A stretch of DNA of 62,545 nt, filler included, from Choristocarpus tenellus KU-1152 (taxonomy: Eukaryota > Protista > Phaeophyceae): NCBI GenBank assembly GCA_964200185.2. It is 10 parts of 10 records of this genome, joined end to end, with 100 filler letters (N's around TTAATTAATTAA, not from the genome) between each part and the next. Parts side by side here need not be neighbours in the genome. Positions count along the whole stretch, not along the records: positions 12,653 to 16,088 come from CAXNAD020020040.1; positions 16,189 to 18,742 come from CAXNAD020026821.1; positions 18,843 to 22,059 come from CAXNAD020021463.1; positions 22,160 to 42,275 come from CAXNAD020000416.1; 6 more parts are not named here. The stretch is one strand, 5' to 3'. Below, in pieces: positions 12,661-24,651 of the stretch. Both the position numbers and the translations under genes were made by a program. A model generated the notes under the pieces. It ran no database searches. It worked only from the letters and a program-made list of their open reading frames with translations, and was not told the DNA's origin. Numbering within the stretch: the first letter of the stretch is position 1; each line of letters opens with the position of its first letter.

Positions 12661-12898
12661 GATTCTTGGGATGCTTCTCTAGCTCCCCCCCCAGGGGCAC
12701 AGGAGTAGGTAGATGGGGAGCTAAGGAAGACAATAGTACAATATTTGATAGTGGTGAAGTAACTGATTAGTAGTTTCCACACTTACAATGTTTTATTGTG
12801 TTCTCACGTTTAGGATATTTTATTTCTTTTGGGCTAATAACGACATACATAGATTTCATTGGTTTCCCCCCTGACACATCTGCAAAATGTCAGAGGGC
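12661..12898 (+). repeat. ~240-bp dispersed repeat (SINE-like or LINE 3' end), copy 1; other copies 17470..17721 and 21681..21911
   Basis: Three same-orientation copies start GATTCT(T)G(G/A)G(G)ATGCTTC and end GACAC(A/G)TCT(C/G)CAAAATGTC..GGG followed by TA/TAA-rich tails. Confidence 0.7.
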
Positions 12899-12915
12899 AT
12901 AATAATATAATATAA

Positions 12916-13320
12916 TATATTTGTACTTCTTGACTATTTATTTATTATTTGGTCATTATGGTCCCCGATTATGATAAGGCATCGTTGACCAGTTCCTTTT
13001 TATACGATGATACTAATGATAATCCACCCTGTAACATGGAGGTCCTACCAAGTCTCGGTAGGACTAGGTAGGACCTCCAAATTACAGCATGCTCCGGAAG
13101 CTTACCTCTGCAGGATGTATAGCTCCAGTCTACATACCTATAGATGATACTGATGCACGTATTGGACTCCTGATGCACAAGTCGTCAAGTATGCTGGATC
13201 TCTCACTTGGATTATCATCAATATCATTGTAAAAAAAGGAACTGGTCAACGATGTGTCTTATCACAATCGGGGACCATAATTACCAAATAATAAATAAAT
13301 AGTCAAGAAGTACAAATATA
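12916..13320. mobile_element. Foldback/MITE with ~110-bp terminal inverted repeats
   Basis: 12916..13026 (tatatttgtacttcttgactatttatttattatttggt...gataatcca) is the near reverse complement of 13208..13320. TA-rich flanks are compatible with a TA target site. Confidence 0.85.
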
Positions 13321-13814
13321 TCAAATCTTGGACTTAAAGGTCATAATGGTGTTTATGAAACGGCCATCAAGACATAACGCCTGTAACAAATGCCCCTGCT
13401 GTTCATCTCATTACCAATAACTTCACAATTATTTTAGGCATGCATCTGTCCAGTGTAAGGTGTAACTATTTGGTGACAAGGCTATTTCGAGTTCGAGGAA
13501 GAGAAGCTACCGACAAATGATCAGGCTTATCATCAACGTTGCCTTTGTCATTCTCCTCAAGGGTATGGCACTCAAACACAACTTCTTGATCCCATAGACC
13601 CCATTCAAATCCATGGTACCACACATCTCATTAAGGTTCTGGCCACATCAGTATATATATTATTCCCAGGGAAGAGTGTTGGCTGTGGTGAGAGGTGAGA
13701 AATGATCACAGCTCAGAAAATATAACGTTCACTGGTAAAACAAAAATTAATGCTGCAGTGGCATTGTAAATAAAAATTCGCTAGAGCGTTGACCTGGACA
13801 TGGATGTTGTTACG

Positions 13815-14086
13815 GAGTGAAAGTATCTTAGAGGGTACGATTTTTGCCCTTTTTGTCCATTTGGGGTTTGGCTTCCCAAGATTTTTATGACATTTTACCT
13901 ACTCCGAAAAGTTTCGGAGAAGGTAAATTTTCGGAGTAGGTAAAATGCATACGCTATGAAAAGGTGTGTCCGAACAGGGATATTGACACTTCCTAACAAA
14001 CAAGATAGCCAAAATTACATCAAAATCACAACATTGGAATTGGTCCCCAAATGGACGTGACTCTACCCTCTAAGATACTTTGACTC
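13815..14086 (+). mobile_element. MITE family A (~260 bp), TSD TACG
   Basis: TIRs GAGTGAAAGTATCTTAGAGGGTA ... TACCCTCTAAGATACTTTGACTC, flanked by tacg on both sides (13811-14 and 14087-90). Confidence 0.92.
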
Positions 14087-15049
14087 TACGGACAGAATTG
14101 GGTCAAGTGTATTGTGAAGTAGAGAGAGTTAGAGACCAGGTGGTCCTGATTACTGTCCTAGACAATGGACGTTATAGAGCAAACTGTCGCCAGCATTATT
14201 GAAGACTACAGATGTTGTTACCCGTATGGAAGAAATGGATGTGAGTGTCTGCTGGACAACAAATGTTATAGAGTAAATGAGCCAAAGAGTTTGCTGAACA
14301 ACCATGTCATCAGCAAGTACAAGGTATATACATACATACACATAATTATTAACACTGTAGTGTATTTTCCTTAAGCCAAATACATCTTTTCTTTTTACTT
14401 TCTCTACTACTGTTGTCTTTAAAAAAGTCTAATTATCATGTGAAAGATAATACTATTATGGGAGCGGGCAGCTTTACGGAAAATAGATACTGCAAACCGT
14501 CCCAAATTTTATTCTGGACACCAGTGTTAGAGAGCAAATGGGCTGGAGTGTTTGCTGGACAACAAATGAGCAACGAGCACTGAAAGTTGCCCTTTCAATG
14601 GACATTTTCTACAAGTCTAATACTAGACAAACATTTTAGACCAAATGGACTCTGGCTATATATTTTATGGATGATGCGTTATACAGTACCCAGTCCCCAA
14701 GCGTTGACCTGGTAACACTGGACGTTACAGAGGAGGATTGCCCTAACGCTGTCATGGATTACAGATTACAGACTAAATACGGCCGGACTTTCAAGGGTAA
14801 TGCTAGTATTCTGCACCGCAATAGTATTAATAATATCATACTATGTGCAAAAGTCTATATACAGTAAGTACTATCTACATCCAGACCAGCTACAAAAGTT
14901 GAGCTCTAGGTCTATGTAAGAAATCAATGGCACACCTCTTACTGGCAATGGTCGTATGTTGTGTTTTCATTCACGCCATCATGATCTTGGAGTGTAAAGA
15001 TTAGGATGCATTGGATTCATTGGTGTTTAAATATCCTATTCTATACAGC

Positions 15050-15540
15050 CCAGGCCACCCACTCTGGTCAGTCCTTTGTTTCGAATCATATACTCCAAGG
15101 AAGAATCCAAGACAGCAATCCAGATACTGTCTATCCATCAGGGCATCATGTATCACCTGCGTTCTTTAGCATTGAGGGTACATCATCCCAAGAAGGTGAG
15201 TTATACCCTGTGCTGTAAAAGGGATGTTCTGAGTTTGTTTGCGCATCGAAACGGGTGGCTAGTGGCTTCAGCGAGAACATCGAACGTTTTTTTGTGGTTC
15301 TTGGAATCTGGGGACATGCTTGCGCTACCATTGGGCGCAGGGGCAATGTGACAACATGCCTTCAAATTCAAACACTGGCGCTCGCTCCACACCATAGCTT
15401 CAGGGTCACCCTTCAAGGGGAAATGGCCTTGAGACTATGCATGAGAGCACTGGACGTTTCGCCTTGTGTCCTGTTGCATCCCGAATTTGACTACAGTAGA
15501 TTCCATTTTGATCACACGCGCTCGTTGTCTATTTATACTC
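15050..15540 (+). mobile_element. Probable highly degenerate Ty3/gypsy pol (RT end to RNase H linker) relic
   Basis: Frame-shifted fragments in gypsy order: TVYPSGHHVS (V.YLGH.VS), NIERFFVVLGIWG (LR.FLG..G), RALDVSPCVLLHPEFD..F (AL...PVL..PDF..PF). Weak, by-eye similarity only. Confidence 0.35.
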
Positions 15541-15987
15541 TCTGTCCACTTGCTTTCTCTTGCATTTTGACCGCCTGTGTCATGTTATGCCAATTCGTTC
15601 TACTCACCACCTGGAATCATTTCGCAGTCAGGGCGTTTTCATTGGCGCAAGGCCCTTCAGCTCGTTTGGGATGACTGCTCGTCCATTCAGAGATCAGGTG
15701 GCCAACATAGCAACTACAGGTTGCTATCTGACTAGAGCAGGAACCAGGGCTGAACCGGAGTTTAGGGGGGTGTAGGCGTCTTAATCCAGTTTTCTCTTCC
15801 CATTCCGTCCCTCCAGCTCTCAACTCACCCCCCTTCCACTACCTTTCCAAACTTGGCACAAATTATTGCTACAGTACACCTTGGAAGGCAAGGATGCTAG
15901 GTGACAGGTTGGTGGTAAAGATTCACGATAGCTTGACGGGCAGACAAGGGGTTTGCTGGGTCTCAACTGCTAGGAACGCCTTTCCAT

Positions 15988-16088
15988 GGGTCAAAGTATC
16001 TTGGGGGGGGGGATGGTTTGTGAGGGGGCGTCCGTTTCGGTCAAACAACCCTTTTTTTTATGAAATTTCAAATCCGACCCGAGCGACC
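15988..16088. mobile_element. MITE family B terminus truncated at contig end (similar termini at 16189..16211, 18680..18742, 21973..22059, 22160..22194, 42176..42275, 42376..42442, 45813..45849, 59359..59474)
   Basis: GGGTCAAAGTATCT(T)GGGGGGG... or GACCCAAAGTATCTGGGG... termini, related to the complete copies at 24475 and 55359. Confidence 0.85.
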
Positions 16089-17469
16089 NNNNNNNNNNNN
16101 NNNNNNNNNNNNNNNNNNNNNNNNNNNNNNNNTTAATTAATTAANNNNNNNNNNNNNNNNNNNNNNNNNNNNNNNNNNNNNNNNNNNNCCCCCCCCAAGA
16201 TACTTTGACCCTGATCATCGACGCTTTCTGCACCTCATTATCGCTATAGTCTCACAAGAAGAATGAAGAAATGCGTGTAGTAGTCGTTGAAATAGCAGTA
16301 GCCGTGATTGTAGTAGTTCTGAGTGGTGGTAACGCTGAAGGGATGCACAAGGTGAAACCACTCTGTCAGTCGTTCCAATATAAATATAATAGTAAGAACA
16401 ACACGGAGAAGGGCAATTAACTTTTTCAAGCAGATTTTTCTACTACACTCATACTCCACCAAAATCCCAAATACGTGTGAGCAGCAACAACATGAATTTG
16501 AAGTAACCTATCGGAAGAAGAAGAAAAGTGTTGAATGCAAAAGACCACTGTTAGGAATATGAAAATCGTATATAACGCAAATAGGGGGGGGTAACAGGGG
16601 GGGTTGTCGCGATCTCTGATATAAAAAAAATAAAGAAAAAAAAGTATAAAAAGAATAAGAAAAGAGGGGGGGGGGGGAGGGGGGGGGGGTAAGAGGGGGG
16701 GTTGTCGCGATCTCTGATATATAACAAGCGGATTGCAAGTACTAGAGGTCGATAAGGATATCAAGAACAACAAAAACAAGGCGCACGCATGATCATCAAA
16801 TTGTTTTATGTGCCATGATGTCCGAGTACTGTGCCCTCATGAAAAAATACGGAAAGCAGTTGTCTAGTGGATGGATGTCCTGACCAAAAACCTTCAGCGT
16901 GTGCAATTCGAAGACCTCCAGTCCTAACCACTGGAACACTCATCGGCTTCTGCCTCATCATCCAGCCTTCCCCTTGTGCATATTATTGCTGTATCGACCA
17001 ATTTTTATCTACAATTTTCCTCAGATACCTATTTTCTACTCCTTTTTCTTCAGGTTTCCACCTCAAAGTGCACTTATTTCTTGCTGTCAGCATTATTTTT
17101 CTTGCTTGCATCCTCTGCTGGAATATTTGCATACCGCTACATAACTCTCTCACCACTGTTCCGCCTTCTTCAATCTGGAGAAGGTGTTAGAACATAACCT
17201 ATTTCACCATAGTTCATCGATACTGTCCAGTACCATCAACTGGTGACTCATCCACTAGTGATTGTCCCCTTTTTGAAACATAGACTACTCCCTCTGTGAT
17301 TACTAGATACAGTTCAGCACCACTAACTAATGTGAGTTATTGTGCGAATGGAGCTGTCAAATCCCGCTAGCGGCAAATTGTGTCCGCCACTACACATGTG
17401 ACTCTCTTGAGACTCGTCATGCGCTTCAAGGTGGAGACACTAGGCAAATGGGCTAGTAGTGGCCTGTCA

Positions 17470-17721
17470 GATTCTGAGGATGCTTCCCTAGCTCATCACC
17501 CACCTGCATAGGATCAAGCTAGGTTAGATGCATAGCAGCAGTGTACACATCTACATTGTAATTGCCAACCTTTAAGAGAGTGTTGTAGTATAAATGGTAT
17601 TCAAATAGTAAATAGTCTTTGGAGACGCATCTTTCACATTTACGACTACAATCCTTTTTTGAGGGGTCCTTGTGATATTGGTTTGACTCTTTCCCAGACA
17701 CATCTCCAAAATGTCCGAGGG
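17470..17721 (+). repeat. ~240-bp dispersed repeat, copy 2
   Basis: Shares gatgcttcc, atctttcacatttacg.ctac and gacacatctccaaaatgtc with the 21681 and 12661 copies. Confidence 0.7.
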
Positions 17722-17824
17722 TAAAAAACATAATGTAAACCAACTAGTGTGAACTGTTCGCCTCTCTACTAGTAATTGTTCCACAGTGTACAATTGTTGA
17801 CATTTGGAATATATATACTCCTCT

Positions 17825-18205
17825 ACCCCGTAAGTCTCTATCGTTATGTTTTTTTAAGAATAACTTTTCAAATGTGAGATTCAGAAAAAAAAAATCTATC
17901 GATAGCCAACATCGGTTTGGATATAGATATCTTCAAAATATATTTCAAGTCGATAATGTTTATTTTCGGAAATGGCAGATTTAGGAAAAATAGCAAATCG
18001 GTCTATAGTGTCTGGAAATGATGATTGATCAGTCATAACGTCTCATCGACAACTCCGACCAAGACGTGGTTAGTTGTGTTGGATTCCTTGGAGTTTATTG
18101 CTTCAAATTAACTACCCGTCACTCTCATTCTCTCCTGAGGGCGTTCTGGATCCCTTGAACGCCATTGACAGAGGTGGGTACAATGTGGCCACACCATCAG
18201 TAGTA
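17825..18205 (+). mobile_element. Non-autonomous Helitron-like repeat, copy 2
   Basis: Colinear with 7055..7510; ends ...tgtggccacaccatcagtagt (short palindrome plus a CTAGT-like end). Confidence 0.55.
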
Positions 18206-19639
18206 ATGCGAATAATACTTCAATTGCATTTAATCATACTACCATAATTACATAACTCATTCATTAACCATCTCATTGAAATCAAGCAGTACCTAAATGG
18301 CACCAGGTCAACCCTTCACCTCCTCAAAAGAACTAACGCCTCTTCACAGAGGGCACACTCCTACGACTACATTTATCAACCTGCCCCATGGAGAAACGAT
18401 TCAAATCGAAATCAAGTTAAGAATTCAACAGCAAGCAACATTGACCCTGCAAGTGGCACCGGACAGAAGTTTTTTGTGTGGATGCCAAGCACACACGCAA
18501 GAGATGAAGGATGATTAGAAAAAGTCTGCAACTTTTTGTTTAGGATAATGTTTTTGTGAAACTCCTGGAATATTTTTATTTCATACGCTCTTCACTCGGA
18601 GTTTGAGCACGTCAATTCCGTGAACATCAACAAAGGACGGGTTCTTGAGGGGTTCTTGAGGGCCCCAAATTGTGGTTGTGGGTCAAAGTATCTGGGAGGG
18701 GGGATGTCGGTGTCCGTTTTTCACCCTTTTTTCGATTTTCACNNNNNNNNNNNNNNNNNNNNNNNNNNNNNNNNNNNNNNNNNNNNTTAATTAATTAANN
18801 NNNNNNNNNNNNNNNNNNNNNNNNNNNNNNNNNNNNNNNNNNGGGGGGGGGGTGGGACAGACGAGGAGGGGGGGGGGGGGGGGGGGGCGGGGTGGAGGGG
18901 GCGAGGACATCAGAAGTGATGGTGCAGGGCCTTAGGGGGATAAAAAGGCCCAAGAAACTCCCTTTCTAAAGTGGAAGTCCAGGGCAACTACCCCCACAAG
19001 CACTCTATTAGTGGGGTCTACACGCCCAGCATTGTATTAACCCTGATAACGTGCCAATGGATGAATAGGAAAGTGAAGTCATCCCATTACAAAGAGGACA
19101 TCCCCTTCTGAGCTCCACACCGTTCATGGAAATATCCTCATGCATATTTGTGAAATCCTTATGTATGAGGTCAGTGCTGCATCGCCCTACTTCAGAAGGG
19201 GAATCAACCCCAAGGAATGCTAGAGCATCAATCTCACAGAAGACTATCTCAGACATTTTATTGTCCGGATATGGCAATTTTTTTACGTGGAGCGCTTCAT
19301 GAAGGTGACAAGTGGAGATGGATGAGAGTTGACCATCCCACTGCATGAGTGAACTCATAGGACCAATCGGAACCGGGAATCTAGGGGAGAGCACAAGACA
19401 TCCAGGTAGCAACAGGTAGCAGCAAGCAGCTGGACTTGGTCACCATCATGGAGACATCTCCAAGGTAGCATGTGTCCTTCTGACTAAAACCTCCTCGTCA
19501 GGAAATGAGACCACTTTTGAGGAGCTTAGTCCCCAAGCATCCATCAGAGAACCCTTCTGCCCTTAGGTGGGCAATTTCGATGATCGAGGAGAAGGTAACA
19601 GCTGCGTAGAGGTCCAGGGGATAGAAGTACTACCCTACA

Positions 19640-20110
19640 TGGGGGGAATACACCCCTACTTATGGCCTTCATGAGCGCAAATAGCAACTCCACCTCAGGC
19701 CCTGGTGACATCTGCCTCAGTCAAATCCGCTCAACCATCACAGACATTTGTCAAGAAGGCATACGTGAGGTCTTTGACAAGTTCTGGGAACCAATACACA
19801 CATTCTCAGCTTCTCTCACCACCCAAAGTTTGGAGGCCTCATTCGGCATCTCGACTCTCTGCCACAGGGGAAAACTGCCACCCTGTAGCATGTGGTTTTA
19901 TTTTCAGGAAGTGTTCCATACTGACTGGTATCTATACCGGAAGAAGCAACTGGGAGGCTAATTTGGCATTGGTGTTCCCAGTGGCATGACGTGAGTCCTG
20001 CTGGACATTCGTATATGGCATGGGTGAGTGTATGGAATAATGGGTTCTGAGTATAGATGGCAAAAAGCATTCAACGTTGTGCATTGCCATACGTTCAAAA
20101 TGATGCTCTC
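19640..20110 (+). mobile_element. CRE-clade-like non-LTR retrotransposon RT relic
   Basis: Across frames: ANSNSTSGPGDI (S.PGPDG), SRLSATGENCHPVACGFIFRK (L.A...K.RP.A.G...RR, typical of CRE/SLACS RTs), FGIGVPSG (QFG.G...G), and a D.KNAFN-like segment near 20057. Multiple frameshifts and stops. Confidence 0.65.
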
Positions 20111-21680
20111 CCCCAGAGGCCCTCCTAGGACTCCTCCTTCTCTTGTGTAGGAAAGGGTTTTGGAGGCTCGTCAGAATTTCTTCTTTTGTTGGATTAATGG
20201 GGGGAAGAATACTACAGTCCACAATAAGTTGACTTGCGAGGCCCCTGCCTATTTTGACTCGCAACTTCCTAGGCGCTGAAGAACATCCAGATGTCTACAA
20301 CGTTTCGCCCCTATGGAGTCCCATGCAATTTCTTTAGATAACTCCCTTCTGCGTGAAGGATCGATGTCACAGCCGTACATAGGAACATGTCAAAAGCTCA
20401 GGGTGAATAAATAAAAGGTTTGGTATTCTCCAAAAGTTCATCACCACAGTGATTTCTCACCTCGGTACGGTAACTATAACTTTGGAAAACCAACAGTATG
20501 TTACGGTAAGGTGTACCGTGAAATATCTTGTACGGTACAGTAACGATCTTATTGTAAAAATATCACTGTTTAATGCAGTAATTGCACGGTTTCCTGGAGT
20601 ATTTTGAAATTTGGACGAAATGAGACGGGTAGTATAGTGTTTTCATGGTGGTTCAGGCTCCCACCATGAGTGACCCTCCTATGCACGGTGCCTAGGAGCC
20701 CCCTCCAATGACATGCTCGCAAAAATCTCCAATTGATATTAAACACACCACTGGATTAAATATTGAAATGACTAAGTTTAGAAATTGTAAGGTAGAGTAG
20801 CAGTGTGAGTGTATTTGTGTGTGGAGGCATGGGAGGTGAGAAGCATCGTGCGTTGTTCAACCTACACAGACAAGGGGACAAAGAAAGTGTGAGAGGTAGT
20901 GTATGACTTGCACAGTATTTCAATTATTTTTAACTTGTGCATACATTCGGTGAAAATTGAAGACGACCCTGTGCCAACTCAAATTGGTCGCCTTATTGAC
21001 TTGCTTGCCTTATTGGCTAAAGTCACGATAAGGCGAGTATTTTTCCATTTGGGGAATCACACGCCTTGAAGTGGACAGTTAAAAAAATAACACTTTCAAA
21101 GGCTCAAAAAAAAAATAACAGCATTTAAAAAACATGTGTCGCCCACATATTCGACTTCATTATTCACTTTTGTATGGCGTTGTGTGTCCCTGCAATGCAG
21201 AGAACTTAACGAAAGAACTGTCTGCTATCTGTCTGCATCGAAGGTCTCAAAGTAAAGCAACCAATAACTCCATTTTTTGCCTTGTCCAGCAATGTGCAGG
21301 CCTGATCTAACCCTCTCCCTTTCTCCTTCCCTTGACAGGCATGTCTGCCTACTTTAAGGCGTATCTGTCCGATATGACCCAAAACGTGCCGGGTGGCACG
21401 AAATTCAAGTGCCAAGCCAAAACGGGTCACCTTGTTGACTAACTTGCCTAATTTAGGGTCGCCTTAAAAGGGACAGCCTAGTGTTTCACATTATTTTTTT
21501 TATTAAAATAATGTTGTAACATACTTAGAGCTCATGTGTGATAATTAGTCCAATCAAATCAAGAACTTTTTAATGCTGTACGCACGTAACACTCCAGACC
21601 AACATGTATAGAACACAATAATACTTCCGCCTTACATGTTCTGTTTGTACAACTCCGATCCAAAATATGTACATTAAATT

Positions 21681-21911
21681 GATTCTTGGGATGCTTCCAT
21701 ACCTCCTTGCCCGGGGGTGTAGGACTAAGCTAAGTTGGAAGCATAGGAGGGGAGTGGTGCAGCATAGCTGGTAAAAGTAGTAAATACTCCAGGAGTAGAC
21801 TATAGAAAATATCTTTCACATTTACGTCTACTGTTACTTTTTCAGGGGTTCTTATGAACTTCAATTGGCTTTAATTGTTTTGCCCGACACGTCTCCAAAA
21901 TGTCAGGGGGT
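21681..21911 (+). repeat. ~240-bp dispersed repeat, copy 3
   Basis: See copies at 12661 and 17470; followed by a tataataatatatata tail. Confidence 0.7.
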
Positions 21912-22520
21912 ATAATAATATATATATATATATATGACATATACATTGCCATTTTATTGTCACATATGTTATGGCTCAATGTGTCTGGGGGGGGGGGTGG
22001 CGGCTGTCCATTTGGGGGCAATTTTTTCTTGTTGCGATTTTTGGAGGGTTTGGTTGATANNNNNNNNNNNNNNNNNNNNNNNNNNNNNNNNNNNNNNNNN
22101 NNNTTAATTAATTAANNNNNNNNNNNNNNNNNNNNNNNNNNNNNNNNNNNNNNNNNNNNCACAAACCATCCCCCCCCCCAAGATACTTTGACCCAAAACG
22201 AAGTATTCTGGCTGCACTATTGCCCCCCTTTTAAGTATATGCATGTCCTAAGGAACTCGGGTAATTTTCCATTTTGGTGTACCAACTGATACTTCCATTG
22301 AAGTACTAGGTGGGTGTTAATAGACAAGTTCTGGTACCGTAGGAAATCTATATTCGAAAGATTGAGGAACGAACAACGGTGTATAGAGGTCATAGAGGTC
22401 TGTATGGACTTGGGTATGACCATTTCTGTGACGCTTAGTAATGATCTCTTCTTCCCAACGTCTCATACAACCTACCATGTATTCGAATCACAATGGTGCA
22501 TGTGGGGTGAATGCTGACAG

Positions 22521-23499
22521 GTTCCAGGCATTTGACAAAGCCACCAAGGTTGAGAAGGAATTAATGTGCCACCTAAACGGCAACTACTGGAAGGTTCAGG
22601 AGCTAGGTGTCAGGAGGGATCAGAGGGGGAAGGGCATGGGAAGCGCTCTCATGCAGGTTATGAATCACATTGCCGACAAATTCGAGGTGAGCCCAAGCAG
22701 GATTTTGCTCCCCTTGATTGTACAGCCTGTTTGCGTTCATGTGGAGACTGGTGTCATTTCACCAGCTTGTGAAGATTGACTTCCTCAGTACATTTATATT
22801 TTAGTAGTAGCGCAGTGCATGGTAGCAGTACAGTGCATGAAGGGCATGATGAAAACGTCCTTTCCTCTATCTACTTCCAAGTATACCAAAGTATATTATC
22901 AGTGAGTGCATAATGCATTGGGCTGTAAATGGGCAGTGCAACACTCATTGATGCACACATCGATTGCTATGGTTGGTTGTTTGTTCTTTGTGCGCCAGGG
23001 TCGCATTGGTTGCCTTCCACTTGACGTTTTAACCCAGCTAGAATATCATCGTAGAATATTCACCGTGTATCTGATTCATGACACCTGTCCCATCATCTTT
23101 GTACACATTTATCCATCAGGGAGCTCTGAAAAGAGCAAATTTTCGATCTTAATGGGTAGGCTGATTTTGTTTAGATTTGTTGTGGAGTCTTTTTAACTAT
23201 GTTGGTTAATCGGGAGAGAATTGGTACTCAACACAGGAGAGCCAGCATATTGTCAATACCCTTGAAAAAACGGACATCTCCAGCTCCCACATCTCTATGT
23301 ACCTTGCCACCAAACTTCTCAGGTTGAAGTATATCTGGAGACAGAGACAGAGAAGAATGTGAGCATGTACAAGCATTTTGGTTACGATGTTGCAAGAGAG
23401 TTCAAGTTGAAAGCTAATGAAGCTGACCCTGAGATCTCACTGTGGGTCATGATTAGGAAGCCCAAGCCCATCCCTGCCCCAGTGACGACATCATCGTAG
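22521..23499 (+). CDS. GNAT-family N-acetyltransferase, 3' exons (5' end missing)
   Basis: join(22521..22686,23323..23499), GT-AG, phase 0: FQAFDKATKVEKELMCHLNGNYWKVQELGVRRDQRGKGMGSALMQVMNHIADKFE|VEVYLETETEKNVSMYKHFGYDVAREFKL...LWVMIRKPKP...*. Acetyl-CoA motif A (QRGKGMG) and motif B (YLET...N..MY..FGY) present. A possible upstream exon 22310..22378 is in matching phase. Confidence 0.9.
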
Positions 23500-24474
23500 C
23501 CCGACTATTTTACATGGCATACACGTACCTGGTGGAGACAGGGTTGGATTACTGTTGCGCGCAAAGCAGTCACCACTGAATGGTGTATCATTGCAAATCG
23601 TATGTCACACATTAGTTGTGCAACTGCCTCGGACCATACCACTGTACGACTTAGATGCTATGCTGGAAGTGCAACAGCACAGCGCATTTGTTTTGTATTG
23701 ATGTGCTACAAAGCGTAATTCAGGGGGTATATGATAACCTCTTGATGAGGATTGTCAAACAGATAACAGTCTTTGGTTTTTCAAAGACAGCACATATCCC
23801 TCTTGACTGCAACTGGTTTGTTTCCATCAATGAACTGTTGTGCAACTAACAATTTTGTGTCTCCACAGCCAACTACTATAAATGTAGTACCTCAAGTAGC
23901 GCTGGAAGTGTCTCTTTTACAACAGGATTTAGAGGTCTAATTAGGCATGATGGTATATGACATTCAGATTTTGTTGCAGCATATTGTTGTGAATTATTTA
24001 GATGATTTGAATACAGCATAGAAGTGGGCATGATTGTGAGTGTCAACGAGGTCCTCGATTCAATGACACATCTTGACCTGATGGTACCTGTCTGTCCTAT
24101 ATACTCTTCAACACTTCATTAAAATTGGTCCAAGATCTACGTTTTTTTAATTATCAGCAACACCCGTTGTCACCCAGCAGTAGTAACATCGTCACCACGG
24201 ACGTAGAGCAACTTGTGTGCATGTTAAGTGAGCTATCACTCTTGTCATGAGATTGGATATATTTCTGCTTTTTTTAATGAAAATCACTCCATCAAGGTTA
24301 TTCTATACTTCGTTGTTGGGCGGATCAACATTTGACATTATGACACAAACAATGACCCAGGGTATGTTGAACTACCAGCACTACTGCAAGACCGCCCCTA
24401 AACAGCTTGAAAAACAAGTTCCGCTTGTTAACTGTTCTTGCCTCCTAATTAGGGCTGCCAACGTAAGGATAAAA

Positions 24475-24651
24475 GGCTCAAAATATATGGCGGGGGTTGG
24501 TGGCTGTCCATTTGGGATCAATTTTTTCATGTCACGATTTTTGTGTGATTTGGTTAATACGTCGGATGGATAATGTAAATGCACTTTTCCTTATTATTGC
24601 CCAAATAGACACCCAGGTGTAGATCCCCCCCCCGCCCAGATACTTTGGGTC
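24475..24651 (+). mobile_element. MITE family B (~177 bp), complete copy, TSD AAAA
   Basis: GGCTCAAAATATATGG...GTCCATTTGGG...CCAAATAGAC...CCAGATACTTTGGGTC flanked by aaaa on both sides; colinear with 55359..55536. Confidence 0.85.
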
